62,882 nt of DNA, taken from positions 1-62,882 of IMG/VR virus record IMGVR_UViG_3300036715_004481. One strand, written 5' to 3'. Below the pieces are notes generated by a model that was not told the DNA's origin, searched no databases, and worked only from the letters and a program-made list of their open reading frames with translations. Positions 17,601 to 28,605 of the stretch are shown one piece after another. This DNA comes from a virus (Duplodnaviria > Caudoviricetes). Every line of letters starts with the position of its first letter. Within the stretch, counting starts at the first letter, position 1. Both the position numbers and the translations under genes were made by a program.

Positions 17601-18368
17601 CAATAAAGAAGATATACCTGTCGAAGTTAGATACAATTGGCTATTAGAAGAATTTAAAGCTGTTTATAAAATTAAAATAACACATAAAGATACATCACAT
17701 ATAAAAAATACATCTGTATCAAGTGTAGATGTTTCAAGAGTATGCCAGTATATTTAAAAAAAAAACTTTTTCCTGATGTAAATATCATATTTACAAGTGA
17801 AAAGTATGGTGATTATGTGCAAAATTTATGAACATTGAACATATGCAATATGATAAAAAAAGAATAAATACATCAATATCATCAACTTTACTAAGAGAAA
17901 GAGCATTAACATATTGGGAATTTATACCAGAATCAGTTAAACCTTATCATAGTTCGGAAAAATCATATCATTTTATATGATTTTTCCGAACTATGATAAG
18001 CAAAATAATAACTTGGCAAGCAAAAGAAATTGAAAAAAAATCTTGGTGATAAGATATTATTCTCAGATACAGATTTATTAACAACTATTTGCTATAGTGA
18101 ATTTCTATTTAATAGTCATCCAGAAAATATAACAAAAGAAATAAAAAATTTAAATAAATTTGATTTATATCTATATCTTTGGAACGACGTACCATTTGTT
18201 GACGATGAAACTATAATGGACAAAACCAAACGTTCAGAATTTCATAATCTATTATTTGAAAAATTTAAATATAAAAATATCTTTGTAATTAAAGTCTCAG
18301 ATTTTAAAGAAAGATTCAACAAATATGTAGAGATTGTTGACAAATTTATTGGGGAAATTAAAAATTAG
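17600..18368 (+). pseudogene. nadR: nadR-like (NMN adenylyltransferase/ribosylnicotinamide kinase) remnant
   Basis: Fragments EDIPVEVRYNWL, IFTSEKYGDY, ISSTLLRE..YWEFIPESVKPY, LFSDTDLLTT, DLYLYL.NDVPFVDD across frameshifts. Confidence 0.7.
17943..18000. repeat. 26-bp perfect inverted repeat, 6-nt loop
   Basis: CTTATCATAGTTCGGAAAAATCATAT-CATTTT-ATATGATTTTTCCGAACTATGATAAG. Confidence 0.95.
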
Positions 18369-19042
18369 AACTTAGAACGATTTAAATTTCCTTCATAAAT
18401 TATACCATCTATCACTCTAGTTGTTGCCCACAATGGTCTCAAATTAGATAACGCACAAACTTCTTTAACATCATCAGTATCAGAAAAATTTATAACTGGT
18501 CGCATATGATCGATGTGCCACTCACCATAATTATTCCAACTCATACCAGGCGTAAATAATTTCTCTATATGACACTTTAAGTCTAAAGCTGAATATCCTA
18601 ACATTTCAATTGTGTGAGATTGCTTAGTAGTTCCTAAACGATTTAAAGTAGAATGTAAAACTGAACGCCAAGCTATAATGTAGGGATTTCTTCTTCTGTA
18701 GTCATAAAACTTATCCTTACATTCAGTTCTATACACTTTTCCATATTCACTTGCTTTTTCTTTATTTTCAATATAATAATCTCTTTTTTGCTCTAATATT
18801 TTTTCTCTATTTTCTATATAATATTCTTTTTTTCTTTCTAAAACAGACTCTCTATTTTCAGAATATCTTTGTTTATCATATTCTTTTCTTTTTTCTTTAA
18901 AGTCTGATGCTTCTTTATATTTCTTTTGAATTTCTTTAATACATTCTTTACACTCACTTCTATGTCCATCAGATGTTCCAATTTTTTTATGAAATTCTGA
19001 TAAATCTTTAACATTTCCACATATTCTACATTTTTTATACAT
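18365..19042 (-). CDS. Free-standing HNH endonuclease
   Basis: N-term CxxC...CxxC, YYIEN(R/K)E repeats, WHIDHMRP...NLRPLW. Confidence 0.8.
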   Translation of the reverse strand: MYKKCRICGNVKDLSEFHKKIGTSDGHRSECKECIKEIQKKYKEASDFKEKRKEYDKQRYSENRESVLERKKEYYIENREKILEQKRDYYIENKEKASEYGKVYRTECKDKFYDYRRRNPYIIAWRSVLHSTLNRLGTTKQSHTIEMLGYSALDLKCHIEKLFTPGMSWNNYGEWHIDHMRPVINFSDTDDVKEVCALSNLRPLWATTRVIDGIIYEGNLNRSKF

Positions 19043-19084
19043 ATAAATTTAATTATTTTCTTTCCAATAGTCAAAAAATTTTAA

Positions 19085-19117
19085 AAAATTAGTAGGTTTT
19101 ATAAACCTACTAATTTT
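19085..19117 (-). terminator. Terminator after tail tube gene
   Basis: AAAATTAGTAGGTTT/AAACCTACTAATTTT inverted repeat. Confidence 0.7.
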
Positions 19118-19143
19118 AAAGTTATTATTATCAACCAGTTAGC

Positions 19144-19707
19144 TTAGTAATAGAAGTCTTCCCAATAGTCTGCAACAAATTTGGCATTTAAACTCATAAT
19201 TTCAGTACCAGCTGACCAATCAACATCTTCCATACCATCAAATCCTACCATCATCGCATTATGATAAGTAACTCTACGGATAACTTTTCCTTCTTTATCA
19301 TGTAAGTGAATAATAATATCACCAACAAGATTTTTCTTGTAGTGAAGAGTTCCAGTTTCGTTATTCCAAGCTAAATCGTACCAGTCTTTCAAAATTTTAA
19401 AACAGAAGATTTGATAATCATCGTTTTGGTTAAGATTAAAAGATATAGTCAAATCGTCAACGTGAGTTTTATCTGGCATCATAACGAACACTCTTGTAGA
19501 GTATTTAAATCTTTGCTCTTTACTTGTAAGTGCAGGATAAGCTGGAAACTTAGCTGTTGTTGTGTTTTCCAATAGTAAATGAGTTGCGTTTGGATGAATT
19601 GACTGAAGTACAGTTGGTAAAATAATACTGACTTCATACAAATTTTTATGTATCGGTTCATTTTTTTGTTGTGCAGTATCAACTGCGGTAAAATGTGCTA
19701 ATGGCAT
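19144..19707 (-). CDS. Tail tube protein (T4 gp19-like)
   Basis: 187 aa, EP...N.YEV, DW, F.ADYWED; downstream of sheath on the same strand. Confidence 0.75.
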   Translation of the reverse strand: MPLAHFTAVDTAQQKNEPIHKNLYEVSIILPTVLQSIHPNATHLLLENTTTAKFPAYPALTSKEQRFKYSTRVFVMMPDKTHVDDLTISFNLNQNDDYQIFCFKILKDWYDLAWNNETGTLHYKKNLVGDIIIHLHDKEGKVIRRVTYHNAMMVGFDGMEDVDWSAGTEIMSLNAKFVADYWEDFYY

Positions 19708-19901
19708 AATTATTTATTATTATTTTTTAGTTATATATCAATATATATATAAAACAAGCACCTACCTTACACAAAAAATTAAAAATAATTTTATTGTTCT
19801 AATTATAAACACTTTAACTTAAAATTTTCAAAAAATAACAAAAACCAGAAAAAAATATTTATATATACTATTAGAATAGAAAAAATAATTGTAACCTCAA
19901 C

Positions 19902-21440
19902 GTGAACATAGAAGAATTATTAAAAGAGAATGATAAATCTGGAAAGATGTTTAAAGAAAAATATTTAAAAAAATATTACGAACCAATTTATACTGAAATA
20001 ATTAAATATTCTATAGATTATAATTTAGAATCTTTAAAATTTGTAGAAAAAATGTATTACTTCTATCACAACATAAAAAATATTTTAGTATGTAAATGTG
20101 GAAATAAACTTAATATGATAAATTTCAATAAAGGATATAGCGCACACTGTAGTCAAAAATGCTCACACGAAGATGAACAAACATTAGAAAAAAGTAAAAT
20201 AAAATGTATCGAAAAATATGGTGTAGATAATCCTAAAAAAAATAAAGATGTTCAAGAAAAGGCTTACGCAACAAACTTAGTTAAATTTGGCTTTAAGCAT
20301 TCCTCACAAAACAAAGAAGTTCAGGAAAAAATGAAAAAAACAAATCTTGAAAGATTAGGTGTAGAATTCCCAGCACAAGATAAAAATGTTAGATCAAAAT
20401 ATTATAAAGCTATAATAGATAAAAATTTATTAAAATATGATAATTTAATAAATATAGATTATGAAAATAAAAATATGCTGTTTAAATGTGACTTCGGAGA
20501 AGAACACAATTTCAAAATATCAATAGATTTATTTCAAAATAGAAAAAGAACTAATATAAAATTATGCACAATTTGTAACACAAAATTTATGTCTCAATCT
20601 GAATCAGATTTTTTAAAAATATTTAATGATGGTATAATATTACACAGTAGAAGTATAATAACACCTTTAGAATTGGACGCATATATTCCAGAATTAAAAT
20701 TAGCATTTGAATTTAATGGTTTATATTGGCACAGTGAGGTAAATAAAGAAAACAATTATCATGTGAATAAAACTGAAGAATGCGAAAAGAAAGGTATACA
20801 ATTAATTCATATTTATGAAGATGATTGGTTATATAAACAAGATATAGTAAAATCTATAATATTAAACAAATTAGGCAAATCTGAAAGAATTTTTGCTCGT
20901 AAGACAGAATTGAAAGAGATTGATGATAACAAAATAGTTAGAGAGTTTTTAGAAAAAAATCACATTCAGGGATTTGTTGGTTCTAAAGTTAAAATTGGAT
21001 TATTTTATAATGATGAATTAGTAAGTCTGATGACTTTTGGTAATCGCAGAGTTGCTATGGGCAAAAAGTCCACAAAAGAAGGAGAATATGAATTATTAAG
21101 GTTTTGTAATAAACTTAACACCAATATTGTTGGTGGTGCGAGTAAATTATTTAAATACTTTATTAAAAATTATAAACCAACAAAAATTACAACTTACGCT
21201 GATAGAAGTATTAGTCAAGGTAAGCTATACGAAACATTAGGATTTGAATTTATTGGTAAAACTGATCCAAACTACTATTATATTATTAATGGAGTTAAAT
21301 ATCACAGATTCAATTTTAGAAAAGATTTACTAGTAAAGCAAGGATATGATAAAAATAAAACTGAACACGAAATAATGTTAGAAAGAAAGATATATAGACT
21401 TTATGATTCTGGAAATTTAAGATATATTTATAAATTATAA
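19902..21440 (+). CDS. Hef-like endonuclease (KYG repeats, Vsr/DUF559-like nuclease, GNAT/Mom-like C-term)
   Basis: KYGVDNP repeats, ELDAYIPELKLAFEFNGLYWHS, ELLRFC...GGASKL...TYADRS. Confidence 0.75.
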   Translation: MNIEELLKENDKSGKMFKEKYLKKYYEPIYTEIIKYSIDYNLESLKFVEKMYYFYHNIKNILVCKCGNKLNMINFNKGYSAHCSQKCSHEDEQTLEKSKIKCIEKYGVDNPKKNKDVQEKAYATNLVKFGFKHSSQNKEVQEKMKKTNLERLGVEFPAQDKNVRSKYYKAIIDKNLLKYDNLINIDYENKNMLFKCDFGEEHNFKISIDLFQNRKRTNIKLCTICNTKFMSQSESDFLKIFNDGIILHSRSIITPLELDAYIPELKLAFEFNGLYWHSEVNKENNYHVNKTEECEKKGIQLIHIYEDDWLYKQDIVKSIILNKLGKSERIFARKTELKEIDDNKIVREFLEKNHIQGFVGSKVKIGLFYNDELVSLMTFGNRRVAMGKKSTKEGEYELLRFCNKLNTNIVGGASKLFKYFIKNYKPTKITTYADRSISQGKLYETLGFEFIGKTDPNYYYIINGVKYHRFNFRKDLLVKQGYDKNKTEHEIMLERKIYRLYDSGNLRYIYKL

Positions 21441-21761
21441 ATTAAACTTATCCGCTTCATATTGCATCATAACATCTTCTATAGTTTTTCCTACATATTT
21501 TATATAATTAGAATGAATAATAATCATACCATCTTTATCAAAATATTGTTCAATATTAAAATCTATATTATGATATTTTATTTGAACATTCTTGTTAACT
21601 TTATTAACAACAACAATTTGTCCAATATTATTCTCTAAAAAATAAATATATTTATTTGGTGATACACCAGAAGCAAAAGCTTCGCTAACGTTTAGTAAAA
21701 CATAATCATTTACTTCAATTTCATTTGTATTAAAAAATTCATATATTTTCAAATGTTTCAT
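21435..21761 (-). CDS. MKYIKKFE...KYNL family (IGDYV subtype)
   Basis: MKHLKIYE ... ADKFNL. Confidence 0.75.
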   Translation of the reverse strand: MKHLKIYEFFNTNEIEVNDYVLLNVSEAFASGVSPNKYIYFLENNIGQIVVVNKVNKNVQIKYHNIDFNIEQYFDKDGMIIIHSNYIKYVGKTIEDVMMQYEADKFNL

Positions 21762-21762
21762 A

Positions 21763-22083
21763 TTACAAATTATAATTTTCCATTGATATCATAGCTTCAA
21801 CTTCTTCTTTTGTTTTTGCATGATATTTTATTTGAGTCAAAACAACCGTATAATATTTATTTTTATAGAGCCAAGTTTTCACATCTTTCGGAGCATTTTC
21901 ATATGATATTTTAGCAGTCAGATCATCTGCATAAATTTCTTCTATTTGACCAATAGTATCATTTAAAAAAATAGTTAACGGAGAAACTCTATTATATCTA
22001 TAATTATAATACAGCAAAACATGATCACCAACAGCAATATCACGCAAATAAACAACAAATTCAAATTTTTTCAAATGCGTCAT
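21763..22083 (-). CDS. MKYIKKFE...KYNL family (IGDYV subtype)
   Basis: MTHLKKFE ... MENYNL. Confidence 0.75.
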   Translation of the reverse strand: MTHLKKFEFVVYLRDIAVGDHVLLYYNYRYNRVSPLTIFLNDTIGQIEEIYADDLTAKISYENAPKDVKTWLYKNKYYTVVLTQIKYHAKTKEEVEAMISMENYNL

Positions 22084-22084
22084 A

Positions 22085-22417
22085 TTAAATATTATATTTT
22101 GTAGATACGATTTTTAGTTCTAGTTCATCTATTGTTTTAGCATAATATTTTATATCACTAATATGTCTATCAATAGAATCATACATATCAAAAACATATC
22201 TAACATCTGATGGTATATTTTTATATTGAATAGTAACAATACTATTACGTATATTTGTTATTTTTCCGATATTATTATTCACAAACAAAAAAAATTTGTA
22301 CTTATTAGTTTTCGATAAGACATCAATATATAAAAAATCAATATCCAATAATACATAGTCACCGATTCTAATATCACCGATATTGTACATATGTTCAAAC
22401 TTTTTCAAATGTTTCAT
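22085..22417 (-). CDS. MKYIKKFE...KYNL family (IGDYV subtype)
   Basis: MKHLKKFE ... STKYNI. Confidence 0.75.
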   Translation of the reverse strand: MKHLKKFEHMYNIGDIRIGDYVLLDIDFLYIDVLSKTNKYKFFLFVNNNIGKITNIRNSIVTIQYKNIPSDVRYVFDMYDSIDRHISDIKYYAKTIDELELKIVSTKYNI

Positions 22418-22471
22418 AGTTCTATATATAAAAAAAAAAGAGTAGAATTAGAAGAATTACTACCGTTGATA

Positions 22472-22651
22472 ATGAAAGCTAAAGGTGAGATTGAATTTAA
22501 TTGTATTGTAAATGGAAGATTTTTAAAATCCATAAACAATCTTAATCAAATAGATTTGTATGCAATAATGATAGAAGACTCTGTAAGAATTTTAGATATA
22601 CTAAAAAGAAGATATGCGGATGTTGTAAATAGTGTTAAATATAATTTATAA
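22472..22651 (+). pseudogene. 5'-truncated KYNL-family remnant
   Basis: Reading frame ends SVKYNL but has no family N-terminus. Confidence 0.4.
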
Positions 22652-22683
22652 AAAGAGTTGAAATTAAATTTCAACTCTTTTTT
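22651..22683. terminator. Bidirectional terminator
   Basis: AAAAGAGTTGAAATT/AATTTCAACTCTTTT. Confidence 0.7.
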
Positions 22684-22689
22684 ATTGAT

Positions 22690-23108
22690 AACTTTGTTAT
22701 CATAAATTATATTTTTTTGCAGCTCTAACACAGTCATCAACAACAATTTTTTGTGTATAAGAATCACCAAATCTATCGCCAGTAAATTCCTCATAATCTG
22801 GAACATTATTAAAAAATTTATCAATACTTTTTAATAATTTTTAAAAATATTCACTTTCAATATTAATTTCGACATCAGAATCATTATTAATTATTGTCAA
22901 TATATTATTATATAAATATATCTCAACACCTTCACTTATATAAGTGTTATATTTCCTACCTATTAATATCTCTTTAATAGAAGTTAAATCCTCTTGTACA
23001 AGTTATAAAACATAATCATCATTATCAATTTCAAATAATCCTGTATGACTCATAGGACTAACACCAAAATTCACATTTTTCACTTTCAAAATATTTCAAA
23101 TGTTTCAT
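22690..23108 (-). pseudogene. Degraded MKHLK..FE family gene
   Basis: MKHLKYFESEKCEFWC* then disrupted frames; TAATATATA upstream. Confidence 0.5.
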
Positions 23109-23119
23109 AGAACTATATA

Positions 23120-24880
23120 TTAATTATTTTTCCAAATAAATTTCAATTGTCCAGAATCATAAATTCTATAGATTTTTCGTTCTAGCATTATCTCTTTCTC
23201 AGTTTTTTCTGGATCAAAACCATCTTTTATAAGAGCATCCTTTCTAAAATTAAATCTATTTTTTCTAAGTCCATCAACAACATAATAGTAATTAGATTGA
23301 GATTTGTGAACAAAATCAAATCCTAATTTATAATACAAATCACCTTGACTCCAACTTCTATCTGCATATGTTATAATTTCTTTTGGACTATAATTATCAG
23401 TAAAATATTTAAACAACTTAGATGCACCACCAATAACATTCGTATTTAATTTATTACAAAATCTTAATAACTCATAACTTTCTGGTGAACTTTTTATTCC
23501 CATATTCTTTCTCTGCTTACCAAAAGTCATCATACTAACAAACTCTTCATTATAATATAATCCAAATTTAAATTGTGAGCCAATAAATCCTTGAATGTGA
23601 TTTTCTTCTAAGAATTCTCTAACTATTTTATTATCTGTTATTTCTTTTAATTCTGTTTTTCTAGCATATATTTTATTCGGTGTCAGGTTTAGAACATTTA
23701 AAATCCTAGAACGAACAATTTCATTTTTATATATCCAATCATCTTCATATATGTGAATAAGCTTTATACCATTAGACTCACACAATTCTGTTTTTTTTAA
23801 ATGATAATTTGAGTCTTTATGTAATTCATTGTGCCAATAAATTCCATTAAATTCAAATCCAATTTTTAATTCTGGTAAAAAAACATCCAATTCATAAGGA
23901 GATATAATCTTTTTGGAATTTTCAAGAATATCATTGAAATATTCACCTTTAACAAAGGATAAAAAATCATGCTCAGACATAGAAGTTTGATTAAAATGTT
24001 CTGGAAAACACTCATTACACATATATCTGGCAAATTGCTTTCTAGATTTATATAATTCAAAGCTAATTTTGAAAGTGTGTTCCTTACCTGCATCACATTT
24101 TATAGTATATTCTCTATTATCAGAATCTATATTAATTATATTTTCATCATTAGATATTTTATTATATATCCAGGTATTTTTTCTCTTCTCTTGAACATCA
24201 TTTACAATATCTACATTTTTATATGGGTTCAAAACACCATAGTTTTTAAATAATGTTTCTTTAGATTTTTGTAAAATTTCTGGAATTTGATATGGATATT
24301 CTACACCATATCTATCCATCATAGTTTTTAAATAATTTTCTTTATAATTACTCTTTTTAAAAGATTTTATTCTTTTTATTTTTAATTCTTCAGATTTATT
24401 TGGATTATCAACTCCATAATTTTTAAATAGTGTATCTTTTGATTTCTTTTGAACTTCATCATTCTGCAATGGACTATTACTACCATATCTTTCTTGATTA
24501 GTTTTTATCATTTTTTCTTTAATATCACTATTCATTCCTGGAGCTTTAGTGCCAAACTTCTGATAAGATTTATCTTCTTTTATTTTTTTTATATTTGGAT
24601 CACTACTCACACAGGCATTAGAACAATAATTATTATAACCTAATGTTGAATTTTTAAAATTTACTAAATTTTTACAATTTGGATTTGAACAATATACATT
24701 ATTTTTCAAATCATTAACATAATGATAAACTTTTTCTTTAAACGGCAAATCAATCAATTTATCATTACAAAATTCTATAACATCATTAAAAATTTCAGGA
24801 TAATTTTTTTTAACATATTTTTCTACATACATTCTACCAGATGCACCATTCTCTATTTTTATTGTTTCTATATTATTCAT
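23120..24880 (-). CDS. Hef-like endonuclease between sheath and tube
   Basis: Paralog of 19902..21440: YGV repeats, ELDVFLPELKIGFEFNGIYWH, ELLRFC..GGASKL..TYADRS. Confidence 0.75.
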   Translation of the reverse strand: MNNIETIKIENGASGRMYVEKYVKKNYPEIFNDVIEFCNDKLIDLPFKEKVYHYVNDLKNNVYCSNPNCKNLVNFKNSTLGYNNYCSNACVSSDPNIKKIKEDKSYQKFGTKAPGMNSDIKEKMIKTNQERYGSNSPLQNDEVQKKSKDTLFKNYGVDNPNKSEELKIKRIKSFKKSNYKENYLKTMMDRYGVEYPYQIPEILQKSKETLFKNYGVLNPYKNVDIVNDVQEKRKNTWIYNKISNDENIINIDSDNREYTIKCDAGKEHTFKISFELYKSRKQFARYMCNECFPEHFNQTSMSEHDFLSFVKGEYFNDILENSKKIISPYELDVFLPELKIGFEFNGIYWHNELHKDSNYHLKKTELCESNGIKLIHIYEDDWIYKNEIVRSRILNVLNLTPNKIYARKTELKEITDNKIVREFLEENHIQGFIGSQFKFGLYYNEEFVSMMTFGKQRKNMGIKSSPESYELLRFCNKLNTNVIGGASKLFKYFTDNYSPKEIITYADRSWSQGDLYYKLGFDFVHKSQSNYYYVVDGLRKNRFNFRKDALIKDGFDPEKTEKEIMLERKIYRIYDSGQLKFIWKNN

Positions 24881-24984
24881 ATTATATATGTTTCTATTTC
24901 TCCTATATATAATTATTTTAATAAAATTTATAAAAAAAGAGAAATAATTTCTTATTTCTCTTTTTATTTAATAATATTTTTTGA

Positions 24985-27900
24985 TTATTTGAATCCCATT
25001 GATTGAATATCACCTTTTTTAAGAATTGTAATATTGTTAACAATAATACCCATCCCCTTGATAATCTCGACATAAGTATCCAAAACGCCCATCTGTAAGT
25101 CAATCACATAATTTGTATTATTGGTATCATCGCAAACATTCCAGAAGTCATAAAATGCATCATTATCCAACATATCCTTACAAATTTTATCTGCACGATA
25201 TTTAATTTCTGCTCGTATTTCTGCAGTATTAAATGACCATTGATATCTTAATAACATATCATACAATCTATTTTCAAGTTCTATAAGAACTTCTCTTGAG
25301 TGTAATATACTTAAAGATGAATATGGAAACACTTGTGCTGTTGATTCACTATTTATACAGTAGCCATTATTTATCTTATAAGCAATTGGATTTGCATTCA
25401 TTTGATATAAGTTTTCTAAGTCAGTGTTAGTGAAGTCCATTTCAGTTTTAGTGATGCTTTGAACTCTACCGTTAGTTATACCAGCGCATATTGTCCATGG
25501 AACCATACCTGCAATATTTGATGTAAATTTTTGCATATAAGTTGTTGCTGCGAATGATGCTGGTGGAACCATTTTAGGTATACCATTATCATAAATTCTA
25601 ACATATGGGAAATAATAACCAACGCAACTTCTACCATCTACATTACCATGGGGTTTAGCAAATTGATAATAAAAATTTGGATTTTTAGATTCGTCTGCAC
25701 CAGTTTTAACATATTCAAGATTAAGTGATCCGTCAACATTAACAAATGATGGATTCGTAGATTCTTTGAATATTTTAGCACTTGGCATATTAATAAATCC
25801 TAAACAGTTCAATTTTAAACCGCAAAGATCGGCAAGTTGTTGCTTTGAACCATAACCGTCCATTGGAATAAGTCCCAATCCAAAAGAGTCAACAAGATAT
25901 CTCCAAGATATTTTATTTTTATTTGCTAATGCTTGTGCAAGATTGGTATCTTTAGCTATAACATCCAATATTAAATTTTGTCTTGCATCAGTACCATCAG
26001 GTATAGAATCATTATTTATAATAAACGGAGTTAGAACTAATGCTTTATATTCATCAACATAAGCATCAACTGATGGATATGAGAATGTTTGATAGCTCAC
26101 TTCTGTTGTACCTGTTGCTGAATCATAATCTTGTATTTTTATTGGAGCATCAGTATAAATAATTTTCAAATTAACATTGTTTGGATCGTTTTTAACATTT
26201 ATAACTCTTGTCATTGTTCTAGGAACAGAGCCTTCTAAATAACCAGCGCCGTTAGGTGCTTGCCAATTAACTTCATCATAATAAGCAGCTAAGAAACTAC
26301 CATTTGTTATTTCAGAATATCTATTTTTATCAATCCAAATTTGTTGAATAGTTGTTAGGTCGTTACCATACCAGTCTACAATTTGAATAGATTGTTCCCA
26401 ATTGGATCTATTTGAATGTATTATTAATTTTTCAGAATAATTTGACAACCAATCACCATAAACTACTTCACATGAAGAATCAGGATTAATAGATGTTAAA
26501 AAATTAACAGTCAACAAACTATCTTGATCTATAAACATTTTTAAGAATATTTTGTTTGTTGTTCCACTATTATTATTAACATAGAAATAATCTAAATTGT
26601 TAATAACACCATTATAATAATCTTGATACAATGCTGAATATGTTGCAACGATACCAGTTTTACTTGTTGTACCAAGAACATTAAATCTAGTTTTAAGAGA
26701 ATTTGTGTTTATGCTATTTTTATGTAACAAGAATTCGTTGTCTATATAATATAGTAAGAATGATGTTCCACTGTAGCAAAATTGCGGATCATCTACATAT
26801 ATCTTAATACTTGCATCTGTTGTTGTTGTCGCATCTAATGTAACAGTTGAAGCAACTGGCACTTTATCACCAGATGTAACACCATAAGTTGTTTTAACTA
26901 AAACACTTTTTGTACTTATTTTATCATATATTTCATAGAAAGAATGTATTGTTCTAAGATAATTGTAATCATTATATATACCAGTTTTTCCAGCAGTATT
27001 TGTAAATTTAATATTCATATAATCGCCTAAACTATCAGAGCTATCAGATATAGAAATACCGTAACCTGATATATAATTAAGAGGTACATAACCATTATTA
27101 TCTACGCTAACAGGATAATATGTTAAAGTAGATGTTGAACCAGAATTAACAGTAAGAGTATAACCTAAAATTAAAGTGCTATCCAAACTAAGAGTATATT
27201 GTGGTTTAACAGCACCATTATATGTGTTGGATGTTGTACCATATAAAACATTAATGGTATTATCTGGTGTAAGATATAATACATCATATCTTGAACCAAT
27301 TTGTGTTGTAATACCACTTAATGTAACACTATCTTGTGTAATACCACTAATTAATGTTCCACCGATAACATAATAAGCGTGTGCATCTATATTAAATACA
27401 ACTTTTAATGTTTGTCCAGTAATATTAGTAATAGTATCTGTAAGAACCTTCACATTATAAACATTACCATTTGTGAAAGCACCAGTTCTATCATCAGCAC
27501 CTAAAGCTAAATAATCAACTTCATAACTATTAGGAAAAGTAGTAATAACATTATTACTAGAATCTAAATATTTTTGAGTATACACCAATTCTTCTTTTAA
27601 ATTTGTTTCATACGACATAAATTTAATAGAACTAATATCATGATCAACAATTGTATCACCTAATATGTCAAGATTACCCAATTTGAAATCGGCTTCCAAA
27701 AGTGAATCTTCATTATATGTGCAGAATAATCCAGTTTTATCAGTATTATTGTTTATAACTGTTTTAATATACATATCTCTATTATTTAAATCTACAAAAT
27801 AAGGTAATAATGAAACATCATAACTTGCTAAAATGGTAACATTTCTTTCATTTAAGAAATTGCTAACTTGCGTTTTCATCAAACCATTTTTATTAAAATA

Positions 27901-28605
27901 TTTACCAAATGTTAAATCATTAGATAATGTTGTATAATCTGACCAATTACCAGCAACTACAATAACACTAATAATATAATCAGACATCCAATCTCTATGA
28001 TCTATATATGATGGTACTTTAGTTTTATCACCATACCAATCTAATGCTGTGACATCAAATCCAGTAATATTTGATTTAAACATAAATACTGTAATATCTT
28101 TATCACTCATATTGGTGATATGAAACAATCTATCAGCATCTTGAACTCCATAGTTTGCAGCTTTTACAACATTAAGAAACGCATCAGTATCTCTTTCCCA
28201 GAAATCTTGTCTATTATAGAATGATTCATAAGCAGCTCTATTAACTGCACCATTTGTATTTTTTGCTGACACAGATATTGATTGCCAGTCTACTTTATCT
28301 CTATTAGGATTTGTTGCTAATAGATTTAGTGCCCAAACTGGACCACTTTTCAACATTTGTTTCACAGTCTTGTGAAAAAATGATCCCTTATTTTCTAATC
28401 TTCTATCGTCATCACCATATATAGCTGTGAAATCAACAGGATTAGTTACGTATATAGGAGTATTAATTGGACCTTTCTTTGAAAAACCAGGCACAAGATT
28501 GATAAGTACATCTTGTACTGGAAGTTGGACAATACTACTATCAATTTCTTCAATGAAAATACCAGGTCTTTTGTATTTCCCAAAATCTTTGTCTTTGATT
28601 GGCAT
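24985..28605 (-). CDS. Tail sheath protein (T4 gp18-like), 1206 aa
   Basis: PGIFIEEID, GFSKKGPINTP, C-terminal VCDDTNNT..VID and EIIKGM. Confidence 0.92.
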   Translation of the reverse strand: MPIKDKDFGKYKRPGIFIEEIDSSIVQLPVQDVLINLVPGFSKKGPINTPIYVTNPVDFTAIYGDDDRRLENKGSFFHKTVKQMLKSGPVWALNLLATNPNRDKVDWQSISVSAKNTNGAVNRAAYESFYNRQDFWERDTDAFLNVVKAANYGVQDADRLFHITNMSDKDITVFMFKSNITGFDVTALDWYGDKTKVPSYIDHRDWMSDYIISVIVVAGNWSDYTTLSNDLTFGKYFNKNGLMKTQVSNFLNERNVTILASYDVSLLPYFVDLNNRDMYIKTVINNNTDKTGLFCTYNEDSLLEADFKLGNLDILGDTIVDHDISSIKFMSYETNLKEELVYTQKYLDSSNNVITTFPNSYEVDYLALGADDRTGAFTNGNVYNVKVLTDTITNITGQTLKVVFNIDAHAYYVIGGTLISGITQDSVTLSGITTQIGSRYDVLYLTPDNTINVLYGTTSNTYNGAVKPQYTLSLDSTLILGYTLTVNSGSTSTLTYYPVSVDNNGYVPLNYISGYGISISDSSDSLGDYMNIKFTNTAGKTGIYNDYNYLRTIHSFYEIYDKISTKSVLVKTTYGVTSGDKVPVASTVTLDATTTTDASIKIYVDDPQFCYSGTSFLLYYIDNEFLLHKNSINTNSLKTRFNVLGTTSKTGIVATYSALYQDYYNGVINNLDYFYVNNNSGTTNKIFLKMFIDQDSLLTVNFLTSINPDSSCEVVYGDWLSNYSEKLIIHSNRSNWEQSIQIVDWYGNDLTTIQQIWIDKNRYSEITNGSFLAAYYDEVNWQAPNGAGYLEGSVPRTMTRVINVKNDPNNVNLKIIYTDAPIKIQDYDSATGTTEVSYQTFSYPSVDAYVDEYKALVLTPFIINNDSIPDGTDARQNLILDVIAKDTNLAQALANKNKISWRYLVDSFGLGLIPMDGYGSKQQLADLCGLKLNCLGFINMPSAKIFKESTNPSFVNVDGSLNLEYVKTGADESKNPNFYYQFAKPHGNVDGRSCVGYYFPYVRIYDNGIPKMVPPASFAATTYMQKFTSNIAGMVPWTICAGITNGRVQSITKTEMDFTNTDLENLYQMNANPIAYKINNGYCINSESTAQVFPYSSLSILHSREVLIELENRLYDMLLRYQWSFNTAEIRAEIKYRADKICKDMLDNDAFYDFWNVCDDTNNTNYVIDLQMGVLDTYVEIIKGMGIIVNNITILKKGDIQSMGFK

